43,291 nucleotides of DNA from the IMG/VR virus record IMGVR_UViG_3300028571_000001; one strand, written 5' to 3'. Origin of the DNA: a virus. The position numbers and the translations under genes were made by a program. The notes beneath the pieces are model-generated. The model was given only the letters and a program-made list of their open reading frames with translations. It ran no database searches and had not been told where the DNA came from. Of this stretch, positions 25,354 to 31,639 are shown in pieces (the stretch's first letter is position 1; every line of letters begins with the position of its first letter).

Positions 25354-26445
25354 TTAGCGGAAATGCCAATCGACAGCCTCCAACGATTTGAAAATTTCGT
25401 AAGCGACTTGTGGAACGATAGCGTTTCCAAATGCTTTTATGCTTTCTGTTCTCCACTTTGAAAAGGTAATTCCGTCCAATTCGGGGGGAAGCCCATCATC
25501 TCCGCCACAAATCGGGGATTGAGTTGGGAAGTTTTGGAAGTTGTTAAATCCATCTCTGCTATCTGATCCGTTAAATTTCCCTTCCCTCGTTTGTCCGATG
25601 TATTCCCTCTGCTTGCTTGTGCCGTTGGTGTGCATAGTAGCCTCGTTAAAGTCATTGAGTGCATTGAACCCTCTTTTACTTGTGTGCTTTTCATTGTTGC
25701 CGTTGCACTGGTCGCATCCATTGCAGTCGGTGTTGGTATCATTCCCTTGTAAATCGCAAAGTCCACTATTGAAAATTGCCTGGCGTTCCCTCCTTTGTCC
25801 CTTCGTGTGTAAAGTGGTAAGTTCGCTTCCTTCATCATTTGTGCAACTTCCGGCCTTCCTCTTTGAATTGTGTCGGGAGTAGGCCACAAACCAAACTCTA
25901 TCCCGTCTGTGGGGGGCGTTGATGGCACAAGCTGGAAGTACATACGGCCATACTTCGTACCCCTCAGCTTCCAAGTCAGCTTGCACTTCGTTGAATACCA
26001 TTCCCCCGTTCCAATTAATAAGTCCGAAAACATTTTCACCCACAACGTAGGGCGGTTGAATTTCTCTAATTGCTCTAAGCATTTCTGGCCATAAATGGCG
26101 TTCATCTTCTTTCCCTTTTCGCTTTCCTGCAAGTGAGTAAGGTTGGCAGGGAAATCCTCCTGTGAGTATATCAATCTTGTTTGCATATTTTTTAAAATCT
26201 GTTTTTGTTATATCTCCAAATCCTTCTGCATTTGGAAAGTGATGTTTTAAAATTCTTTGCCCAAATTCATTCCATTCGCACCAAGCTAATGTTTTCCATC
26301 CCATCCATCTTGCAGCTAATGAAAAGCCTCCAATACCCTCAAATAAGCCAAGATGCGTAAAGGCACTTCCGCTAACATCGGTTTGGCAAAAGCTGGGCTT
26401 CTGTGGTTCAATCAAGTTCTGTAATTCTATTGAGCTTCTGTTCAT
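25354..26445 (-). CDS. DNA (cytosine-5) methyltransferase (frame A)
   Basis: Motifs I FEGIGGF, IV GGFPCQPYS, VI VVGENV, VIII PHRRDRVWFVA and X FGNAIVPQV. The middle 140 codons are polar and low-complexity, and a second long frame overlaps them (see findings). Confidence 0.7.
   Translation of the reverse strand: MNRSSIELQNLIEPQKPSFCQTDVSGSAFTHLGLFEGIGGFSLAARWMGWKTLAWCEWNEFGQRILKHHFPNAEGFGDITKTDFKKYANKIDILTGGFPCQPYSLAGKRKGKEDERHLWPEMLRAIREIQPPYVVGENVFGLINWNGGMVFNEVQADLEAEGYEVWPYVLPACAINAPHRRDRVWFVAYSRHNSKRKAGSCTNDEGSELTTLHTKGQRRERQAIFNSGLCDLQGNDTNTDCNGCDQCNGNNEKHTSKRGFNALNDFNEATMHTNGTSKQREYIGQTREGKFNGSDSRDGFNNFQNFPTQSPICGGDDGLPPELDGITFSKWRTESIKAFGNAIVPQVAYEIFKSLEAVDWHFR
25437..26186 (-). CDS. 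Nested +1-frame ORF (249 codons) inside the C5-MTase gene, with PTP repeats and an MGFPxxWT motif
   Basis: Stop-free for 750 nt on the same strand. Encodes LWPTPDT, IPTPTAMD, CTPTAQAS and LNPRFVAEMMGFPPNWTELP. Whether it is expressed is unknown. Confidence 0.35.
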   Translation of the reverse strand: MQTRLIYSQEDFPANLTHLQESEKGKKMNAIYGQKCLEQLEKFNRPTLWVKMFSDLLIGTGEWYSTKCKLTWKLRGTKYGRMYFQLVPSTPPTDGIEFGLWPTPDTIQRGRPEVAQMMKEANLPLYTRRDKGGNARQFSIVDFAIYKGMIPTPTAMDATSATATMKSTQVKEGSMHSMTLTRLLCTPTAQASRGNTSDKRGKGNLTDQIAEMDLTTSKTSQLNPRFVAEMMGFPPNWTELPFQSGEQKA

Positions 26446-26612
26446 AATTTAAACTAACATCCCTGTGTACGGGTTGTGGTCTGATGATTTCAACATCAAT
26501 TCTACTATTTGATTAGTTTGTGTATTATCCATTATTGTTGTTTTTAGTAAGTTGACAAATTTGAGTTTTTAGCCCCGTCCGAACGCAAAGCCCGATACCG
26601 TTAGGTGCCATT

Positions 26613-26951
26613 TTATACACCTTCATTTACACCTTCATTTACACCTTCACTTGACAAAACATATCTCGGCATTGGTTCGCCTTGATGCTGTTCAATACCT
26701 TTAAATACCAGCGTTTTATTTTCAATCAAAGGACGTATTACTTCGTGCCTAACAAGGCAATTAGCATACATAAACATTCCACGTTCAGGTAAAAACCAAA
26801 CACTATGAAACATTCCTAGTGGTTTGTAAAATTCATCTTCTAACGATAGTTCGTGTTCAATCGCTTCAATTATTTTACGTTGGCTAAGTTGCGTTTGATA
26901 TTCATTTTGAGCATCAACAGCATAAGGCGGAGTTGAATTTAATTTATCCAT
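26613..26951 (-). CDS. Hypothetical protein (112 aa)
   Basis: ORF flanked by ATTTGTCAAGTTA-type repeats. The C-terminus EGVNEGVNEGV comes from a 12-bp tandem repeat at about 26616-26650. Confidence 0.5.
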   Translation of the reverse strand: MDKLNSTPPYAVDAQNEYQTQLSQRKIIEAIEHELSLEDEFYKPLGMFHSVWFLPERGMFMYANCLVRHEVIRPLIENKTLVFKGIEQHQGEPMPRYVLSSEGVNEGVNEGV

Positions 26952-26997
26952 TTGTCAAGTTATATGTTTACTTTTTTAATCAATTTGTCAAGTTATA
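26950..26997. promoter_or_regulatory. Two perfect 15-bp direct repeats ATTTGTCAAGTTATA (operator-like)
   Basis: Copies at 26950-26964 (abutting ATG 26951 of the minus-strand gene) and 26983-26997, 33 bp apart. An inverted near-copy lies at 26548-26560. Confidence 0.5.
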
Positions 26998-27024
26998 GGC
27001 TGACGAAAAACGGCAGCTAACACT

Positions 27025-27131
27025 GCATACCCGCAAGTGGGGCATCAGTGCTTATACCAAGTTTTGTGCTATTATCAATCATTTGTTATAATTTGAAAGT
27101 TTGTACTATTAATCCCCACCTGCGGGTATGC
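27025..27131. repeat. 18-bp long-range inverted repeat enclosing 71 nt
   Basis: GCATACCCGCAAGTGGGG (27025-27042) versus CCCCACCTGCGGGTATGC (27114-27131). There is one mismatch, which would be a G-U pair in RNA. Confidence 0.85.
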
Positions 27132-27145
27132 TTTTACGTTACTCC

Positions 27146-27712
27146 CTAAAATCCAATCACAGAACCATTAGGAGAAGGCAAACCAACAACAATATCACTT
27201 ACCGAACCACTACAACCATTCGCGCCTGCCGTTGTATATGTGATTGTTTGACCAATCATAGCGGGTGTAATTTGCGTTACTACGTTACCAAGCGCATCGG
27301 TATAAATCCCACCACTAGGCGTTCCAACTCCAATTGGAATACCAGCCGCATTACTAAAGCAAATATCTGTTAAATTCAAAGTCGGCGGAGTTGGTAAAAT
27401 AACATCAATACAAAAGTTTATTGTAGTATCGCATCCTGAAGCAATATTAGTTACAACATACGACCCCGTAAAATTGCCAGCAGTTGCGCTGATAACTGCC
27501 CAAGTAATTGTATTAGTTCCTTGACCAACAAAAGCATTTGGAACTGTACTCTGCCAAGTTATAGTGTGAGTAGTAGCATCGAAAGGTAAATTGGTAGCAA
27601 GGTTCTGAGCGGTAAATCCTCCACCGTCGTTTACGCATTTTTGAAGGCATGGTTGTGAAAATGCTGCCAATGAGAAGGCTGCTAAAATGATTGTTAATAG
27701 TTGTTTTTTCAT
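27146..27712 (-). CDS. Secreted protein, Ig-like/beta-rich, hypothetical
   Basis: Signal peptide MKKQLLTIILAAFSLAAFSQ. The mature part is Thr/Gly/Asn-rich with paired Cys residues. Confidence 0.55.
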   Translation of the reverse strand: MKKQLLTIILAAFSLAAFSQPCLQKCVNDGGGFTAQNLATNLPFDATTHTITWQSTVPNAFVGQGTNTITWAVISATAGNFTGSYVVTNIASGCDTTINFCIDVILPTPPTLNLTDICFSNAAGIPIGVGTPSGGIYTDALGNVVTQITPAMIGQTITYTTAGANGCSGSVSDIVVGLPSPNGSVIGF

Positions 27713-27724
27713 GGGGTTATTTGT

Positions 27725-27955
27725 TTATTTAAGGGTTAAAAAATTAATTGATTTCATTGGTTCAGTTGAGTAGTCTCCAAGAGAATTAAAAAAATATTCT
27801 TTAGTTCCTGCGGGTGGAATTGGTGGCGGATTTTTAGGAATATTTTTAGTCCACTTGTTTGGAGTAAAATCAATTCCATGATTACTGTGCATCATTAACG
27901 GAAGTAAACCCATCATTAACATTGCATTTGATTTTTTTAGTCCCATTTTTTTCAA
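27725..27955 (-). CDS. Small Pro-rich exported protein (76 aa), hypothetical
   Basis: N-terminus MKKMGLKKSNAMLMMGLLPLMM and PKNPPPIPPAG. 4-nt overlap with the lysin gene. Confidence 0.4.
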   Translation of the reverse strand: MKKMGLKKSNAMLMMGLLPLMMHSNHGIDFTPNKWTKNIPKNPPPIPPAGTKEYFFNSLGDYSTEPMKSINFLTLK

Positions 27956-28653
27956 TTTTCAATTAACCTTATAACCTTACTTACCTGCCACAATTCTCTT
28001 ACTCGTATGAATACGCCCCATCCATCCCGTCCTCCCGAGGGATTTGTATTCCCCTCGATTGTGATAAGGTTGCCCTTTTCGGTAACTCCAAGTACAACGA
28101 AGATATGTGCGTCACGGCCAAGATTAGAAAAGTAAATAGTACACTGGTCTCCCCTTCTGACCTCTGACGGCAAAATGGTACGCTTTGCTTGGACTTTATC
28201 CCATACGACCTTTTCTTTCCAAACACCACGGCTCCAATTAGGAACAAAACCGCTAATAGGGTAAGGAATACAACTATTACGATTAGCAATACCCGTGAAG
28301 CCAGCGCACCAAGCAGCCTCAAAATAAATACCAACACTTGCAAGCATATTCTTAATATCTTCGCCCCAATTGCTACCTTTGGGCTGTTCGGTTGTTCCGA
28401 GATAGAGCAAGCATTGTTGGATAAATTCTTCGGTAAGTACATCGTTTGTTCTAAATTCGGGGTAAGTGTTTGCTGTTGTGTATTTGATTTGTAGCGGCTT
28501 TAACTTTTCCTTGCTTTGACTTAACTTAGAATCAGACTGTGCGCTAAGAATATTGCTGCTAAGATTCCATAAAAGTAAGTGCGCCAAGTAGAAGTAAATT
28601 CGGGAATATTGAAGTAAGAACCTTTTGGTACGGGTGTTGTGTAATTTATCCAT
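27952..28653 (-). CDS. Peptidoglycan hydrolase (endolysin), CHAP / NlpC-P60-like
   Basis: Candidate Cys nucleophile AAWCAGFTG, His in RDAHIFVVLG, and ITIEGNTN. The N-terminus is signal-like (..NLSSNILSAQ). The start is uncertain because 28653 overlaps the upstream gene by 133 nt. Confidence 0.55.
   Translation of the reverse strand: MDKLHNTRTKRFLLQYSRIYFYLAHLLLWNLSSNILSAQSDSKLSQSKEKLKPLQIKYTTANTYPEFRTNDVLTEEFIQQCLLYLGTTEQPKGSNWGEDIKNMLASVGIYFEAAWCAGFTGIANRNSCIPYPISGFVPNWSRGVWKEKVVWDKVQAKRTILPSEVRRGDQCTIYFSNLGRDAHIFVVLGVTEKGNLITIEGNTNPSGGRDGWGVFIRVRELWQVSKVIRLIEN
27999..28442 (-). CDS. Nested +1-frame ORF inside the lysin gene with predicted TM helices (holin-like candidate)
   Basis: 147 stop-free codons. 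Contains ILRICLQVLVFILRLLGALASRVLLIVIVVFLTLLAVLFLIGAVVFG followed by the basic stretch KKRSYGIKSK. This could be an off-frame artefact. Confidence 0.2.
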   Translation of the reverse strand: MYLPKNLSNNACSISEQPNSPKVAIGAKILRICLQVLVFILRLLGALASRVLLIVIVVFLTLLAVLFLIGAVVFGKKRSYGIKSKQSVPFCRQRSEGETSVLFTFLILAVTHISSLYLELPKRATLSQSRGIQIPREDGMDGAYSYE

Positions 28654-28997
28654 AAATCCCTCCTATTATATTTTATCGCAGCATAAGCCGCAGCATTTGC
28701 CAAAAATACGTAAATCATTGCAACAAGCATAATTTCAAGTGCTTTTAAGCCTCTGTTGGGTTCAGATGGATTATCGTGGAAGAATTGGAATAGTGCGTTG
28801 ATACCCGTTATATCCATTAAAATTGGGTAAATACAAAGCATTATAACTCCAATCGGCAAAGTAATTATCTCTGGAAAGTTCTTTGCTGAGATAATTAGCC
28901 AATTGAATAATTGCTTAAATCCCGTTGGAAGCCATTTGAAAAATTCGAGGGTGGCAACGTACATTGCTAAAATGGGAATTGATAGTTTGCGTTTCAT
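28521..28997 (-). CDS. Polytopic membrane protein (about 4 TM), holin candidate
   Basis: 158 aa with several hydrophobic helices, immediately upstream of the lysin. Preceded by conserved element R1. Confidence 0.45.
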   Translation of the reverse strand: MKRKLSIPILAMYVATLEFFKWLPTGFKQLFNWLIISAKNFPEIITLPIGVIMLCIYPILMDITGINALFQFFHDNPSEPNRGLKALEIMLVAMIYVFLANAAAYAAIKYNRRDLWINYTTPVPKGSYFNIPEFTSTWRTYFYGILAAIFLAHSLILS

Positions 28998-29012
28998 AGG
29001 TTAGTTATTTAT

Positions 29013-29072
29013 TTCGGTTTATATCTTATTTTGGCACGCTTGCCGAAGGTTTGTTGCGGGTAGCGGGTAGTT
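29013..29072 (-). repeat. Conserved intergenic element R1 (homologous to 22751-22810)
   Basis: Same core as R2. Ends 15 nt before ATG 28997. Confidence 0.9.
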
Positions 29073-29121
29073 AGCAGTAATGCCAGCCGACCCACAAGCC
29101 GACTGACATACCACCATAATT

Positions 29122-29898
29122 TTAGTATCTAAGATTAACCTTTTCACGTCTGCGAAAATTAAAAATATCCTCTAATAAAAACTTGTATTGCGTTACATTA
29201 GCACAATGAGTTAAGGCGGAGGGATTGTTTGCCAATTTGCTAATCATATCAGCGTGAACATAATTTTCATTTTTAAATAATGTTATTAATGTTCTTACAA
29301 AAGTTGAACGGTTGTAACCATCGTAATAAGGTTTAAACATCAACACTTTTTCAGCAGTTTCATAAGCCTTTGACAAATCAGGAATATTTAATTCTCCATT
29401 TTGAAAGCCCATCATTCTCATAGTTACTTTATCAACTACCAATTGTTTGTTTTCGCCATTAACATTATCGGTCAAAATCATTTCAGCAATTGCAACTCCA
29501 AAGTCAGGAAAATCTAACATAAATTGTCGCATTTGAAGATAAGGCTCAAGACCTAAATCGCAATATGCTTTTAAATAATCTTCTTTTTTCCAATTTGCTG
29601 AGTTTGTGTTCAAAATCTGAACTTCTTCTAATCCGTAACCTTCAACTACTAAATAGTTAATTGGAAAATTTAATTCTTTAGCAGAAAGAAAACGATGTTG
29701 TCCGTCTATAATTTGCATTTTTTCATTTACAAGAATAGGACTAAATAAATACCTTTCTTTAAATGAACTAATCAGCCTTTTAATGTGTAATTCATTCGGC
29801 TTTCTGTTTCCAATCAAAGTTTTAAACTTCGCATAATCACTACTTGTTTGCACTTGGTTACTATACTTCGCCATTGGTGCATTTTTTAATTTATTCAT
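29122..29898 (-). CDS. ParB N-terminal (ParB/Srx-like) domain protein
   Basis: PILVNEKMQIIDGQHRFLSAKELNFPINYLVV matches the ParB-like nuclease/NTPase domain core. Confidence 0.65.
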   Translation of the reverse strand: MNKLKNAPMAKYSNQVQTSSDYAKFKTLIGNRKPNELHIKRLISSFKERYLFSPILVNEKMQIIDGQHRFLSAKELNFPINYLVVEGYGLEEVQILNTNSANWKKEDYLKAYCDLGLEPYLQMRQFMLDFPDFGVAIAEMILTDNVNGENKQLVVDKVTMRMMGFQNGELNIPDLSKAYETAEKVLMFKPYYDGYNRSTFVRTLITLFKNENYVHADMISKLANNPSALTHCANVTQYKFLLEDIFNFRRREKVNLRY

Positions 29899-29946
29899 TT
29901 GCTTATATTGGGTTTTATAACTCCGCCCAGAAGTTTTATTTTAATT

Positions 29947-30033
29947 CTAGAAAGGCACTACTGCTAACAAGGTATTGCCAAAAGCAGGGCTGACTTGCAT
30001 CATTTCATCGTATGTAATTCTATTTAGCTTCAT
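29947..30033 (-). pseudogene. 28-codon ORF homologous to the 5' end of the C5-MTase gene (relic or upstream leader ORF)
   Basis: About 74 nt (29951-30024) align with 26359-26431. The translation MKLNRITYDEMMQVSPAFGNTLLAVVPF stops where MTase motif I would begin. Confidence 0.35.
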
Positions 30034-30099
30034 TACTTTATTCAACTTTTGTTTTTCAAATTCCCAACCATCGCCAATGCTTCAATTTTAGGCGTAATG

Positions 30100-30357
30100 C
30101 TACAACACATACTGCTCTGTTGAACTTTGAATGTCATCGTAAGCACTTTGTAAATTTGAAACGGCATCGTCTAAACAAGAAATTGCATTTTCCATTTGAC
30201 TATATCTTTCACCGCCTTGTAAATTTTCAGGCATATTGTCAAGTTTATCTTGTTCTTCATCTATAATAAACTCAACTTGTTCTTGTAGTTTTGTGATTTT
30301 ATACAGCAACTCTTCTAACTGTTTTCTTTTACTTTTATACATTTTAGTTATTATCAA
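30100..30357 (-). CDS. Hypothetical coiled-coil protein (85 aa)
   Basis: ORF in the leftward early operon that overlaps its upstream neighbour by 14 nt. Confidence 0.45.
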   Translation of the reverse strand: MIITKMYKSKRKQLEELLYKITKLQEQVEFIIDEEQDKLDNMPENLQGGERYSQMENAISCLDDAVSNLQSAYDDIQSSTEQYVL

Positions 30358-30583
30358 AAGGGTTAATCGGTTCTACTTCGCCTGTGCCGTCACAATGTTT
30401 ACACTCTTTAGTGTTTTCTCTAAAACATTCCCCAGCGCAGCCTTCACAAAGGCTATCTGTTTCTTCGCTTGTTTTAAAGCACATTAATTCAAGTAATTGA
30501 ACACGGCCAACACCATCGCAAGTTTTGCAATAGCTTAAAGGCAATTGATGAAAATCATCAGGCAATAATAAATTTGATGTCAT
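30344..30583 (-). CDS. Small Cys-rich protein with DnaJ-type CxxCxGxG zinc-finger motifs
   Basis: CKTCDGVGRV, CEGCAGEC and CKHCDGTGEV within 79 aa. First gene after the leftward promoter. Confidence 0.55.
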   Translation of the reverse strand: MTSNLLLPDDFHQLPLSYCKTCDGVGRVQLLELMCFKTSEETDSLCEGCAGECFRENTKECKHCDGTGEVEPINPFDNN

Positions 30584-30613
30584 TTTGATTGGTTTTTGAT
30601 TGGTTTTGATTCA

Positions 30614-30621
30614 GCAAATAT
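30614..30621 (-). promoter_or_regulatory. -7 promoter motif TATATTTG (leftward)
   Basis: The reverse complement of caaatata lies 30 nt upstream of ATG 30583. Confidence 0.55.
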
Positions 30622-30633
30622 AAATACTTTTTA

Positions 30634-30641
30634 TATATTTG
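30634..30641 (+). promoter_or_regulatory. -7 promoter motif TATATTTG (rightward)
   Basis: Lies within tttttatatatttgc, 19 nt upstream of ATG 30661. The same 15-mer recurs at 31213-31227. Confidence 0.55.
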
Positions 30642-30660
30642 CAAACAAATAATTAAAATA

Positions 30661-31191
30661 ATGAAAAATAATTTTAGAAACGTGGCCATTGCTTTAGTGC
30701 TTATTGTGTTTGCTGGATGCATTACCGAACGCAAACGCGCAAAAATTTGCTCAACCTGCCCCCAAAAAGAAGTGCGAACGGACAGCACAATTTATAAAGA
30801 GTATTGGAGCTTTAGAGATTCTGTGCTTAATGTGCCGCCCGATTCAGCACATATTGAATATGTTGTTAGCCCGTGTCCAGATGGAACAATTCCTACAATT
30901 AAAGAAACATATAAAAGGGATGGAAGGAAAACAAAGTTGAAAGGAACTGTAAAAAACGGCAAAATAAATATTGGCGCTGAAGTTGGCACCGAACAATTAA
31001 AGTTTGAAATTAGGGAGCGTGATCGGATTATTGAGAAAATAAAAAGTAGTGTTCAAGTTTTACCTTGTCCAAAAAGATGGGGCGCAGACTTTTTTTATTA
31101 TAGTGGGATTGGGGCGTATGTGCTTTCGTTTCTTGCCCTTGTTTTGGCTGTAATTTATCGGTCAATAAAGCATGGAAATAAAAATAATTAA
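30661..31191 (+). CDS. Lipoprotein with C-terminal TM helix
   Basis: Lipobox ALVLIVFAGC. C-terminal helix GIGAYVLSFLALVLAVIY. Confidence 0.6.
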   Translation: MKNNFRNVAIALVLIVFAGCITERKRAKICSTCPQKEVRTDSTIYKEYWSFRDSVLNVPPDSAHIEYVVSPCPDGTIPTIKETYKRDGRKTKLKGTVKNGKINIGAEVGTEQLKFEIRERDRIIEKIKSSVQVLPCPKRWGADFFYYSGIGAYVLSFLALVLAVIYRSIKHGNKNN

Positions 31192-31219
31192 TTATTTGTT
31201 TGCAATTAATAAATTTTTA

Positions 31220-31227
31220 TATATTTG
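31220..31227 (+). promoter_or_regulatory. -7 promoter motif TATATTTG
   Basis: tttttatatatttgc lies 18 nt upstream of ATG 31246. Confidence 0.5.
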
Positions 31228-31245
31228 CCAAACTAATTACAAGAC

Positions 31246-31389
31246 ATGAACGAAGATAAAAAACGCGGTCGTCCTCACGGAACTAAAAAAGAGCCGACAA
31301 AAATATACGCTAGGCGAATTAAGCAATCTAAATTCGATCAAATTGCGCCTAAGTTGGATGAGATAATACAGCGTGCTAACGAAGTTTAA
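31246..31389 (+). CDS. Small basic protein with AT-hook-like KRGRP motif (47 aa)
   Basis: MNEDKKRGRPHGTKKEPTKIYARR... Below the track cutoff. The antisense track ORF 31237-31422 is considered spurious. Confidence 0.45.
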   Translation: MNEDKKRGRPHGTKKEPTKIYARRIKQSKFDQIAPKLDEIIQRANEV

Positions 31390-31409
31390 ACCAATCAAAT
31401 AAATAAACC

Positions 31410-31637
31410 ATGCAAAAACCAATCAACCCCCAGCCTATTATTAACAACGTACCTAATCTTATGGCACGTTTACTAAAATTGCAGCATCTACACTTAGAGG
31501 CGCAAATTATTAAGCAAGAATTCATTTGCCACTACTTTTACAATCGTATGGACCATGATGAGTTTAATGAGAAAATGGCAGAATCTGAAAAAGAAATTGA
31601 AGGGCTGCAAGTGTCAATTCAAGCAATACTTAATTAG
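31410..31637 (+). CDS. Hypothetical protein (75 aa)
   Basis: ORF packed in the rightward early operon. Confidence 0.45.
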   Translation: MQKPINPQPIINNVPNLMARLLKLQHLHLEAQIIKQEFICHYFYNRMDHDEFNEKMAESEKEIEGLQVSIQAILN

Positions 31638-31639
31638 CA

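Noticed and set aside
25541-26094. Plus-strand ORFs 25541-25882 and 25870-26094, antisense to the C5-methylase gene.
   Set aside because: Their translations are Leu/Ser/Pro-rich and low-complexity, with no start context. Their openness is best explained by the GC-rich composition of this acquired segment. They are noted only as supporting evidence for the compositional anomaly.
30581-30613. ACCAATCA(A/C) motif before several starts (twice before 30583, and before 31410 and 34687) as a dedicated translation signal.
   Set aside because: A/C-rich, Shine-Dalgarno-poor leaders are normal for Bacteroidota and their phages. The motif is short and AT-rich enough to recur by chance.
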